A DNA stretch of 64,000 nucleotides from Schmidtea polychroa (lineage: Eukaryota). Location: positions 39,682,001 through 39,746,000 of the forward strand of contig CM097885.1 in NCBI GenBank assembly GCA_044892525.1, in the 5' to 3' direction. The notes under the pieces were generated by a model. That model saw only the letters and a list, made by a program, of their open reading frames with translations. It was not told where the DNA came from and did not search any database. Position numbers and translations under genes: made by a program. Of this stretch, positions 28,901 to 37,339 are shown piece after piece (the stretch's first letter is position 1; the number at the start of each line of letters is the position of its first letter).

Positions 28901-31900
28901 CATGTCAGCCTGGTGCTATTTTATCTGCATCAGGTCAGTGCTATGGGGATCTAAGCAATACGATCGCCCATCTTCCGGAATTCGATAATTTGTTAAATAT
29001 GAACCTTAAATGTTTTTCAATAGAAGTAATCAACCATTTGACCAACCCAGACAATAATCGTACATTGTTTATTCTCTATCCTATTAATGAAAATGATGTG
29101 AGTACCAGAATATATTTTCCATAATTATTCGAAATATGTTCTCATTAAGACCTTTTCATTGTGCAAAAATATCCGTTCATATTTCGGGTTTTATGAAAAA
29201 AATGTGCTGATTTCAGACCAGGAAAATGAATTTAAAATAATTCTTTCCAGTCAAAATATCATTTCAGTTGTCAGAAATAAAAAGGTTTGGATTATATTTT
29301 TATACCGTACGTAATCAGACCTTTAATAAGTAACATAGATATTTAATTTATTCTTATTTGATTGCAAAAATTATTCAAAAATTTATATCAAAATTCAAAT
29401 TATCATTTAATAATAATTATTTTAAGATAGAAAAAATTTAATAATTTATGTTTGTTTCTATAATAGGTTGTTAATTTTGTTGAGGATACCTAAATAATGA
29501 TTAAAATGCATTAAATGATTGGGAGAATGTATAAAAAATAAAGAGTTCCAGAGTTCTCATAAGTGAGGGTAAAAGGATATCGAAAAACGAGAAGAAAATA
29601 CCCAGAGTCAAACAAATCAAACAATAAAACAAAACGAGGTCATTATTAATTAATAAGTACAAATTCAAAAGGAAAACAAAAATAAATTGTTTCATCTTAA
29701 CAGCTTGTTCGAGATAATGCATAAATCGTCAGTGAAGTCGGAGGATGTTTGATGAAGTACTAGTATATTACCTGTAAATACCAATAAATAAGAATATAAA
29801 AGTGAAGCACAAATGGCATTAAGCTTCACAATACGAGAAAAATATTTTAAAAACGAAGTGAAAAGGCGAAGAAAAAGAAATTATAGAATAGTTATTGAAA
29901 AAGTATTGTAAAGTCGGATAAAATATTTTGAATCAAATTATGGTTGAAACTATATATGCTAATATCGAGTATTTTTAAGTTGAAGCAAGAAATATACTAG
30001 ATCAGCGGTTCTCAAACTTTTTGAACCGCGGAGCCCTCCAAAGCCATATAGATTTCCACGGAACCCCATTGGTTCACTAATTATGTGTATGCCACTCGAT
30101 GATCTAACATCGAAGAGTATATATATTTTTATATATATATTTATAAATAAAAAAAGATTTAAATTTTTTGTACTTCAATTGAATCATTTATTTATCGGAA
30201 AATAATTACAAAATATTACAAAAAACAAACATTGCTAGTGGGACGGATGGACTTGTTTCCTTTTTTGACATAATTGTTTTATGTCTGGCTTTATAGAGGA
30301 CAGTTGAATCCTCATATCAGCTTCTGCATCGAGTCTATTGCGATATTTTGTTTTTGTTGCAGCATACGAAGAAAATCCAGATTCGCACAGATAAGTTGTA
30401 GCGAAAGGAAGAAGTATTTTAACAGCTTGAATTGATAAATCTGCATATTCTTCTCTCAAAGTACACCAAAATTCTGGCAAAGATAGTTTTTCAAATAGGA
30501 GCTGCAGTGAGGAATCTGATATCATGTCAATGAAAATTTCGTACTCCTTAGCTGTGAATTTTTCTGGCCTTTTCTGCACTATGAATGGGGTTCTAATCCA
30601 TGTATAACTTTTAAGCTTTTCATTCTCTTCATTTGGAAAATATTGCTTGACCGAGTTTAGAATTTCTTCCAAATGTTGACAAATTTCATCACACAACATA
30701 ATAAGGTCACTTGCATCAATGTCTCCATTAATTTCATCGCAGAAATCCTTAAGTATTGTGAAGCTATCTAGTTCACGAGAGCGAATGCAAGAGATCCATA
30801 ATTCCAATTTCTTTTTAAAAGCTTGAATCTTATCATTGGCTGTGAACACTGTTACTTGTTTTCCTTGAAGTGACATATTCACTTTATTTATCTTTGAAAA
30901 AATATCGGCGAGATATCCAAGTCGAAACAACCATAGTTTATCTGTCAATCTTTCTTGTAAGTCCATCCTGTTGTTCATGAAAAAGGAGCCCAATTCGGAA
31001 CGTAGCTCGAATAGTCGAACAAGTACTTTCCCTCGAGACAGCCATCGTACTTCGGTATGGAGCAGTAAAGCTTTATGAAGGCTGCCCATATCTTCGCATA
31101 GAATCTTGAAAAGCCGAGTTTGTAATGGTCGCGATTTTATGAAATTTATAATCTTTACAGACTCGTCAAGGACCTTTTTAAGTCCCAATGGCATTTTTTT
31201 TACAGCAAGTGCTTGGCGATGAAGAATACAGTGGCTATTTGTGCAGTTTGGTGCTAAGTTCTTGATTTTTGCGACAGCGCCAGCAGTTTTTCCTACCATT
31301 GCCTTTGCACCATCAGTGCAGATATCAACACAGTTTTTCCAATCTAAGTTATGAGTATTAAAAAAGTTATCCACCATTTTAAATATTTCGGCACCAGTTG
31401 TATCGGTTGGCAATGGTTGACACAAAAGTAGATCCTCTTCAAGCAAATTTAGATGCTGATATCGGACAAATACAAGCAAGACTGCAAGTCCAGCTACGTC
31501 TGTGCTTTCGTCCATTTGCAGAGAAAAATTACAACATTGCAGACGAGATATCAATTCAGCCCTTACATTGGCTGCTAAATCTTTAATTCGACGAGCTACC
31601 GTGTCATTGGATAGTGGCACATTAGTGATTTCTTTTGCCGACGTTTCATCAAGTATACATTTAGCGATATCGACTGCACAAGGCTTGATCAATGTCTCAG
31701 CTATTGTATGAGCTTCGCCTGCCAATGCAATACGATAACTGACAATATATGATGCTTCAGTGGCCTTCTCATTGCTAGTTTTAAATGTTGAAACAATTAG
31801 GCTTTGGCGCTTTAAGAGTTCATCACGCATACGCATAAAATAATCAACTTTCTTATGTTTAAACTCTGGATGTACGGTTTCCAAATGGCGACGCATTTTA

Positions 31901-33767
31901 GCGGGTACCATAGCACTATTTGGAAAAAGCTTGCTGCATAAGACACATTGAGGCACATTGTTAGCATCTACAAAACCAAGAGACAGGTAGCTTTCATCAT
32001 ATTTCCTTTTCTTAGTGGCTGGTTCACGTAATATGCTCGTAGTGGCAGCAGATACTTCTTTTTCTGGATTTATGCAAGTTTCCACTGTTGTTTCATTTTC
32101 AATGTTTTTGGATGTAGACGGTCCAGCTGATTGCTGCGATCCTGTATCTTTCGATGTACCTTTGATAAGCCAACGATCCATACTTAATAAGTTGCAGATA
32201 AAAAAAATAATAATTAAAACTCGCTTAATAATGTATATATAAGTAATTTATAGAAATAAATAAATTAATATGTAAATTAATAATAATTTTTAGCGATTTT
32301 AAATTTATAATTCACGGAGCCCTTTGAGGTACCTCGCGGAACCCTAGGGCTCCGCGGAGCACACTTTGAGAACCGCTGTACTAGATCGATTCTATTAATT
32401 ATTGTAATCAGAAGCAGTAGTTAGGTGGTCGTTAATTCAAAGTTTTATTGAAGACGTGCTATTCTTCCCGGATGGCTGTAATAAGTACCCAGTATTCACT
32501 GTTTTAATAGTGAATCGTTTTGTGTCTTTATAAATTTGTAATCAATTTTCCTGAATAATAAAAGTTTATTATGTCTGAGATCGTTATTGTTGTAAACCAA
32601 AACACGCTTTTAAATTTTATATTTCATCAACCACAAAAACAGATATAATGTTCAAGAAGAGATAATCGGAATAAGTACAAATGAAGAACTTAAAGTGGAG
32701 TTAAAAATGGATACAAGAAATTCTAGCTTCAAAAACCTATACCCGAAATGTGTCCTACATTATGGATAATTTTTCCATCTTCATACTTCGTGGAAAATGA
32801 TTTCAGTGTGTTTGCAAATCTCCTTACAAAAAAGAAACAGGTTGAAAATTACTCTTTGATGTGATTAAGGGTTGAATTTGACTAAATTGAAGCCGAATAT
32901 TGAAACTCTGCTATCATCCCTCTTATTAAAAGAATTGGTTTTTCAGTGTATTTATTCTATTTTCTTTTTATATCATTTTAATTGAGGTATAACTATAAAA
33001 ATACACATATTTTTTTCAGTTTACATTTTCATTCTACAGTAAAGACTATGAAAGTGAAAAACTCCGTGTAGGTTTTCAAACAATTGTTTTTTTATGCTTT
33101 TGTAGATGTTCTATTTTACTATAGCCGGGAGTCTACCAAAAAACAGAATAACTCATCAAAGAGTCTACGGGACAAAAATTTTAATATTTTACTGACAAAT
33201 TATAATTAAATACTAAGTTAAATTTCTTTTTATTTCTTTTACACCGTCTTTTTCAGCGTGATCGTATGGTATTTTTAATTTAGATAAGATTCTCTATAAA
33301 CTACTCACATTTTTAATTATTATGCTAAAATATGCTATATAACAAATTGTTTGGTTAAATAATTGTAATTTAGATTTTAAAATTTAAATATTTTTTTCAA
33401 CTATAATTTTTTAGAATGAATGGACAGTTAATAAGAAAATAAAAGCATTCCGGCAAGACATTTTCACCAATGCCGTAGTTTTGTACTTTAATCAGTCAAT
33501 GGGCTCTATGACTTCTGACGTACTAGAACCCAGTAAAGGCCAGGTGAAGATTTTAATATGAATATTAATTAAAATAATTAAATATTTGATAGTTTAAGGC
33601 ATTCGCATCAACTTTTACCATTGTCGTGTTTGTAAGCGTTTTAATTATAGTACTATTGGTCGGTCTGACTTTATTTATTATTCGGAAAAGGAGGAATTCC
33701 GAATTCTCAAGGGTAGATTTATTTTTAATTTATTTTTATTTTAATTATTTTTTATTATTATTATTAC

Positions 33768-33807
<40 letters not shown>

Positions 33808-34814
33808 TCAACTTAAAAATAATTTTTCGATAGCTTTTTATCGATATCAAATTATGAATATATAATTCAAATAAATAACTAGGTAATCAATTTCTGCGGT
33901 GTTTATTAATATAATCATTAATTATGAAATTTTTTATGTATTTTAGCGCAGATTGTAATGTTAGAAACATGTAGAGCTCAACAGAGCCTCCTTTAAAAAA
34001 CTGTATCGGGACATCTGAGGTGTGTGTATATAAATTGTGAAAGCGTGCGAGTAGATGATCAAAATATTTAAATACAACAATTTTATAATAAAAAACAAAT
34101 CAGCCTTTTAAATAACAAATTTTATTATTTTACTACAAAACTAATTACCCGTAAGTGATTGGCATATATCCTGTTTTCTTTTTTAAAAATTTTCCGTTTC
34201 AATATTATATAGCTTTGTTGATAATAATAAATTAGCTTTTCAATCTTTATTGATTTTTTGTATTTTTTAATTTTCATTTTTACCTCGGAAATTCTTACCA
34301 TTGATTTAAAATTTTGTATTTTGAATTTGTAATTATTATTCTAACAACAAAATAATAACATAATAATATAAATCACACACAGCACAATAATCATTAATTA
34401 TGAAATGCCCTTAATTGCATTTTCTCAACTCTTTTCTATAATTCGCGTGCAACCTAAATGATAGCATATGAGTAGTATGAGGGACTCGGAAGAATCTAGC
34501 ACAAAATTAACAGTTGGATATGTTGGGGTTAATATATATTCGTCTATGAAACAAAAGTCCCAAATCTGAACTCCACCACAAACAAATAATTCACGGAGTA
34601 ATTGTTGCTTTATAAAATAAAAGAATAATTTTCCGTTATTTAAAATCTTTTTTTAAGTAAATAACTATATGAAATAAAAAAGTATTAAATATGCAACTAT
34701 TAAAACAAATAATGTTAAGATAAAATTTTAATTCTAATTTTTCAGCTATATGAAACACGAAGTGAGTCAAATATTCATTTCATAACGGCTGACGAAAAAA
34801 TAGAAATCGAATAA
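6220..34814 (+). CDS. Multi-exon gene: tandem ApeC (apextrin C-terminal)-like repeats + 3 EGF + FAS1-like + TM single-pass receptor (5' end not located)
   Basis: Hand-spliced GT-AG exons with matching phases: 6220-6421, 7400-7603, 8494-8757, 10890-11078, 11121-11468, 13243-13512, 13553-13945, 17487-17516, 18110-18391, 18479-18684, 18738-19029, 23554-23865, 26362-26546, 28734-28848, 28889-29097, 33020-33067, 33106-33162 (uncertain), 33257-33268 (uncertain), 33415-33543, 33593-33712, 34746-34814. Total 3936 nt, divisible by 3, with no internal stop. Recurrent W/FPxGxY...CP, YCxxxxxxCP, CC and CxY motifs. Confidence 0.75.
7137..7230. repeat. Near-perfect 41-bp inverted repeat (hairpin), intronic
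   Basis: 7137-7177 is the reverse complement of 7190-7230 with one mismatch; 12-nt loop. Confidence 0.9.
7400..8757 (+). CDS. Exons 7400-7603 and 8494-8757: divergent ApeC-like repeat
   Basis: ...RCPPEMKYG...FPEGKYCIYKLGNECPV|GFSS...VFCCKM...MCHYY; phase-1 intron right after the CP motif. Confidence 0.75.
8271..8441. mobile_element. 171-bp hAT (Buster/Charlie-like) MITE
   Basis: TIRs CAGGGATGCACAGAC / GTCTGTGCATTCCTG; 8-bp TSD ATTTAAAT on both sides. Confidence 0.85.
9188..9567 (-). mobile_element. Internally deleted Buster-type hAT element
   Basis: Left end CAGTGATTCTCAAC, right end GTTGAGAATTCCTA; TSD ATCTAAGT/ATCTAAGC; retains transposase C-terminus RSRLLNVENDMRVALPFLQPKINEIIKKHQAQIPH* (~9411-9518, minus). 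Confidence 0.8.
9690..10331 (-). pseudogene. Possible decayed ionotropic-receptor/iGluR-like fragment, antisense within an intron
   Basis: Hydrophobic helix followed by YSYTINIRITNP (cf. M3 YTANLAAFLTxP), later PVGFPYEYILNLGL (cf. the S2 end GSPY...N.A/GL) and a hydrophobic M4-like stretch; needs frameshifts and passes through stops. Confidence 0.3.
10890..11468 (+). CDS. Exons 10890-11078 and 11121-11468: divergent ApeC-like repeat
   Basis: PPGSYCAPFSKTCPSK|YF...VICCRK...KCP...SCDY; 42-nt intron 11079-11120. Confidence 0.7.
13243..13945 (+). CDS. Exons 13243-13512 and 13553-13945: canonical ApeC domain
   Basis: WPHGHYAFPRPLSGCP...WGFCVK...LPYGRYCLMKVDYSCPS|SFSEG...GALP...YYFCCQSG...LPTESGPFYLMKFGTYCQRVFGMRVTEEFFCIDSED...LCYY matches the ApeC consensus, including a DSED motif; 40-nt intron 13513-13552. 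Confidence 0.88.
14727..17108 (-). mobile_element. Mutator-like (MULE) DNA transposon
   Basis: 9-bp TSD TAAATATAA (14718-14726, 17109-17117); imperfect TIR GGCTCCTAATTAAATGCAAACTA vs CGCTACAATTTAAATGCACACTA; arrays of TTGC(A/T)(A/C)ACTA subterminal motifs at both ends. Confidence 0.88.
15134..16911 (-). pseudogene. MULE transposase with SWIM zinc finger, one frameshift
   Basis: IHADATYKL, LISDAS, MCWDHM and STNNALEAYN DDE motifs; CNCPSFFKKMLCKH SWIM finger; ORFs 16366-16986 and 15134-16357 joined by a frameshift near 16375-16385. Confidence 0.88.
17779..17847. repeat. (TA)n microsatellite
   Basis: Directly visible. Confidence 0.97.
18110..23865 (+). CDS. Exons 18110-18391, 18479-18684, 18738-19029, 23554-23865: two further ApeC-like repeats
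   Basis: WPKGSYVFIKP..KCPIGFDEG...WPIGDYCFIFEKKCPQ|G...LCCM...ICYY, then FPDGDYLLP...C..GF...FCQK...FPRGNYCILTTSYSCPS|A...ACCQSD...ICKY. Confidence 0.78.
19872..19993. repeat. (ATT)n/(GTT) microsatellite
   Basis: Directly visible; accounts for the poly-Ile ORF 19868-20056. Confidence 0.97.
20929..23304 (+). mobile_element. Full-length Buster-type hAT transposon, copy 1 (2376 bp)
   Basis: TIR CAGCGGTTCTCAAA at both ends; 8-bp TSD TTCTACGC (central TA, the Buster target preference). Confidence 0.95.
21126..23072 (+). CDS. Buster/ZBED5-like hAT transposase, 648 aa
   Basis: BED finger CVLC...HLETVH; DESTD, CTDGA, HCILH, RWLSRG and YLCESGFS motifs; intact ORF. Confidence 0.95.
   Translation: MDRWLIKGTSKDTGSQQSAGPSTSKNIENETTVETCINPEKEVSAATTSILREPATKKRKYDESYLSLGFVDANNVPQCVLCSKLFPNSAMVPAKMRRHLETVHPEFKHKKVDYFMRMRDELLKRQSLIVSTFKTSNEKATEASYIVSYRIALAGEAHTIAETLIKPCAVDIAKCILDETSAKEITNVPLSNDTVARRIKDLAANVRAELISRLQCCNFSLQMDESTDVAGLAVLLVFVRYQHLNLLEEDLLLCQPLPTDTTGAEIFKMVDNFLNTHNLDWKNCVDICTDGAKAMVGKTAGAVAKIKNLAPNCTNSHCILHRQALAVKKMPLGLKKVLDESVKIINFIKSRPLQTRLFKILCEDMGSLHKALLLHTEVRWLSRGKVLVRLFELRSELGSFFMNNRMDLQERLTDKLWLFRLGYLADIFSKINKVNMSLQGKQVTVFTANDKIQAFKKKLELWISCIRSRELDSFTILKDFCDEINGDIDASDLIMLCDEICQHLEEILNSVKQYFPNEENEKLKSYTWIRTPFIVQKRPEKFTAKEYEIFIDMISDSSLQLLFEKLSLPEFWCTLREEYADLSIQAVKILLPFATTYLCESGFSSYAATKTKYRNRLDAEADMRIQLSSIKPDIKQLCQKRKQVHPSH
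26362..29097 (+). CDS. Exons 26362-26546, 28734-28848, 28889-29097: three EGF-like modules leading into a FAS1-like region
   Basis: CHPNATC...CNCRPGFIGDGVEIC; CDKKMAFC..|.SCYCREGYEGNGFKC; CNIFSRC..|.CACQPG....GQCYGDLSNTIAHLPEFDNLL...NRTLF. These exons are not in the ORF track. Confidence 0.8.
30003..32378 (-). mobile_element. Full-length Buster-type hAT transposon, copy 2 (2376 bp), inverted relative to copy 1
   Basis: Same TIRs; different 8-bp TSD TACTAGAT (29995-30002, 32379-32386). Confidence 0.95.
30235..32181 (-). CDS. Buster/ZBED5-like hAT transposase, 648 aa
   Basis: Identical to the copy 1 protein except NFLNTH vs NFFNTH. Confidence 0.95.
   Translation of the reverse strand: MDRWLIKGTSKDTGSQQSAGPSTSKNIENETTVETCINPEKEVSAATTSILREPATKKRKYDESYLSLGFVDANNVPQCVLCSKLFPNSAMVPAKMRRHLETVHPEFKHKKVDYFMRMRDELLKRQSLIVSTFKTSNEKATEASYIVSYRIALAGEAHTIAETLIKPCAVDIAKCILDETSAKEITNVPLSNDTVARRIKDLAANVRAELISRLQCCNFSLQMDESTDVAGLAVLLVFVRYQHLNLLEEDLLLCQPLPTDTTGAEIFKMVDNFFNTHNLDWKNCVDICTDGAKAMVGKTAGAVAKIKNLAPNCTNSHCILHRQALAVKKMPLGLKKVLDESVKIINFIKSRPLQTRLFKILCEDMGSLHKALLLHTEVRWLSRGKVLVRLFELRSELGSFFMNNRMDLQERLTDKLWLFRLGYLADIFSKINKVNMSLQGKQVTVFTANDKIQAFKKKLELWISCIRSRELDSFTILKDFCDEINGDIDASDLIMLCDEICQHLEEILNSVKQYFPNEENEKLKSYTWIRTPFIVQKRPEKFTAKEYEIFIDMISDSSLQLLFEKLSLPEFWCTLREEYADLSIQAVKILLPFATTYLCESGFSSYAATKTKYRNRLDAEADMRIQLSSIKPDIKQLCQKRKQVHPSH
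33415..34814 (+). CDS. 3' exons: end of FAS1-like region, transmembrane helix, short cytoplasmic tail
   Basis: WTVNKKIKAFRQDIFTNAVVLYFNQSM; FTIVVFVSVLIIVLLVGLTLFII followed by the stop-transfer RKRR; candidate last exon 34746-34814 LYETRSESNIHFITADEKIEIE* with AATAAA downstream. Confidence 0.7.
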
Positions 34815-35452
34815 AAATACATTTTGCCAAATGATGTCTTTTTTCATGTCTGCTATTCAACAGAAGTTTTATAATTATTTTTTACTAAATTTTTAAATAA
34901 ATGAACTTTCTGTATAATGTTTAATGTTCAGAATAAAAATTGTTATGTTTTTGAATATTAAAATCAACTTTAATTGAATTATTGAAATGGAGTATTGTAT
35001 GAATACAGAGGCTGCTGCAAGATCTTTCCTTGGTGGAGCAAAATATTAATTTTTCAAAAGACTTGATAGTATTTTCGTTATTTCAATAAAATGTATTTAT
35101 TTGTTATTGAGTATGCTTGGAAAAATTGCTTTTTACAAACCTAGAATGGGCAATTTACCCTCCTTCCCGGAGGGATCTTTGGTGAATAATAAAAGGAATT
35201 TTATTTTTAAGAATTCTTAACTTTGTATAAACATTTTTTTTACTTTATACATAATAAATGAATTATGTTAACAAATATTTTGTAGATTATATACGTCGGC
35301 ATTTCCAGAAATGGGTTCTGGATTTTTCAATTTAAAAAAAATTAAAAATTTGGAAAAGATAGAAAAATCGAATCCGGCCCTAGAGCATGCGGGGCTCAAG
35401 GTAGGAAACTATGAGCGGGGTCCATTCCCAAGGCAGCAGACAAGGAGCGAGA

Positions 35453-35926
35453 TCAATGCAAATATTTGCATTCTACATGTTTAAAATTGACCTTCCAAAC
35501 AGCTAAAATCATCATAGTGGTTCTTTCTAACATTGACCGGGTGAAAGCTACTAGGCACCTGTGTTGAGTATTTTTGAGAATCATTTGTCTTTGTCCTGAG
35601 ATTTCTCCTAATTCTACCATGTCAGCTCCGAAACGGTTGAACATATGCATAAAAGCTGGGAAATTTTCTGTGCCTTTTGAATCCATATCATTGAGACTTT
35701 GAATGACTTTAATAATATTTCTCCGAATATCTAATACATATATCCAATCTGCTAGCAACAAAATCCGTTCAATAGATTTCATGAGCCCTTCAGAATATTG
35801 AATAAAAGTAGCATTTGAATGATGAGTTTTAATCCCTCTATTGTCTAATGAATTAAAATGAGCTAGCATTGACTGATTAGGCACATTTATCTTGTTAAGA
35901 CTTTTGAATTTGGGATCATTTTCATT
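35453..35926 (-). pseudogene. CTNNAL1: Alpha-catulin-like fragment, distal part (downstream of the Gypsy insertion)
   Basis: LMKSIERILLLAD...FNRFGADMVELGEISGQRQMILK...RSMLERTTMMIL aligns by eye with the alpha-catulin N-terminal vinculin-homology region (VLLLAD...FSQFGNEMVEFAHLSGDRQNDLK...RAVLEKCTMMLL); stops early at 35453. Confidence 0.75.
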
Positions 35927-35931
35927 ATTAT

Positions 35932-36176
35932 TGTGAGGAAGATTTAATTATTAGCACAATATAATATTATAATAATAAATTACATCTGAATTATTACTAT
36001 TAAGAAATTAACATATACATATATTAAAGTATTATATTCGTATTATATTATGGCGTACATAATTATTATTGTTATTTAGAAATGCTTAATCGTCAATTTA
36101 ATGATTTGTTTAGTCAAACCGATATTGTTATAATTTTTGAATATAATTTGAATTCGACTTCTAGTTTTATTTAACA
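35932..36176 (+). repeat. 5' LTR
   Basis: TGTGAGGAAG...TTTAACA, direct repeat of 40855-41099. Confidence 0.95.
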
Positions 36177-37339
36177 TGGCGACCCTGGCAATAGTGAATA
36201 AGATGATTCCGGATGTTTACGACGGAAGACACGAAATCGAAACTTTCATTGAAGAATGTAAGCGATATTTTCAGTTATGTGGGTTAGATCAAGATAACCA
36301 AAATATGATGATAAAATGCCTTATTTCAAGAGATATTTTACCGATTTATGAAGCCGTCGATGTCAAATTTATTAATTTTGAAGATAGACTCAGAGAAGCT
36401 TTCAAGAAGCCGTCAACACTGATAGGCGATTTTCTGAACTTATACAATTATGAGAAAGATAACGATGCAGCGCCAGTGTTTTTCGAAAAGATTGAGAAAA
36501 TGGTCGACAAAGTATTGAAACACAAGTGGGATAAAAACGAATTAGTCGCTTATTTTTTGATACATTGTGTCAAAGACAAAGAAATCCAAAAAGAGATCAA
36601 GATGCGAGATGCTTTAAAAGTCGAAGAGATCAAGGACGTAATTCGTAAAGTTGATGCTATCAACATTGAAGTTTCTAGTATTGCAGTTATGCAAAGAAAA
36701 GAAACGTTCGCAAACGTAATAAAGAAACGACAAGGATTTGCCGATATACAAGATCGACAACGCAATTTTTCGAATGTTCAAGAAAGACGAAATTTTGAAC
36801 CAAGATTCAATTCTATTCCGCACGCTCAAAGCTTCGATTCTGGAAGGAATACTAATCAACAGTATTACCATAGAGACAACAGAGCAAGTGGAAGTCGCGT
36901 TGTTACATGTTGGAATTGTCAAGAACTAGGACATTCGAGTCGAGAATGCCCAAAAAAGAAGTGTTATGGATGTGGAAAAGAAGGACACATGATTAGAGAA
37001 TGTAAAAATAACAAGATAAATTCAGAATTGAGATGCAACGCTTGTAAGGAATCTGGCCATCACCGGGGAGAATGTCCATCGATTTCATGCTCAGGATGTG
37101 GAAAACGTGGTCATTTGCGGTTTCAATGTTGGGGAACAGCAGACACACGATCATCAGGAAGAAACCAATCTAGAAATTACGAGGATAACAGACGATATCA
37201 AGACAGATATGCCGATGGAAGAGTGGCAGCTATGGAAGACCGCGGAAACGAAGCGGAGGATTCTCAGTCTACCCGAAGTGATGGACACCCAAATGGGAGG
37301 GCTCCATCATTAGGCGAGATGATAGGAGCCATGCATTAA
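36176..37339 (+). CDS. gag: Gag with four CCHC zinc knuckles
   Basis: CWNCQELGHSSREC, CYGCGKEGHMIREC, CNACKESGHHRGEC, CSGCGKRGHLRFQC. Confidence 0.92.
   Translation: MATLAIVNKMIPDVYDGRHEIETFIEECKRYFQLCGLDQDNQNMMIKCLISRDILPIYEAVDVKFINFEDRLREAFKKPSTLIGDFLNLYNYEKDNDAAPVFFEKIEKMVDKVLKHKWDKNELVAYFLIHCVKDKEIQKEIKMRDALKVEEIKDVIRKVDAINIEVSSIAVMQRKETFANVIKKRQGFADIQDRQRNFSNVQERRNFEPRFNSIPHAQSFDSGRNTNQQYYHRDNRASGSRVVTCWNCQELGHSSRECPKKKCYGCGKEGHMIRECKNNKINSELRCNACKESGHHRGECPSISCSGCGKRGHLRFQCWGTADTRSSGRNQSRNYEDNRRYQDRYADGRVAAMEDRGNEAEDSQSTRSDGHPNGRAPSLGEMIGAMH

Noticed and set aside
33834..34020. Alternative terminal exons at 33834 and 33947
   Set aside because: They give stops within 3-7 codons; 34746-34814 is a better last exon, though alternative short tails cannot be excluded.
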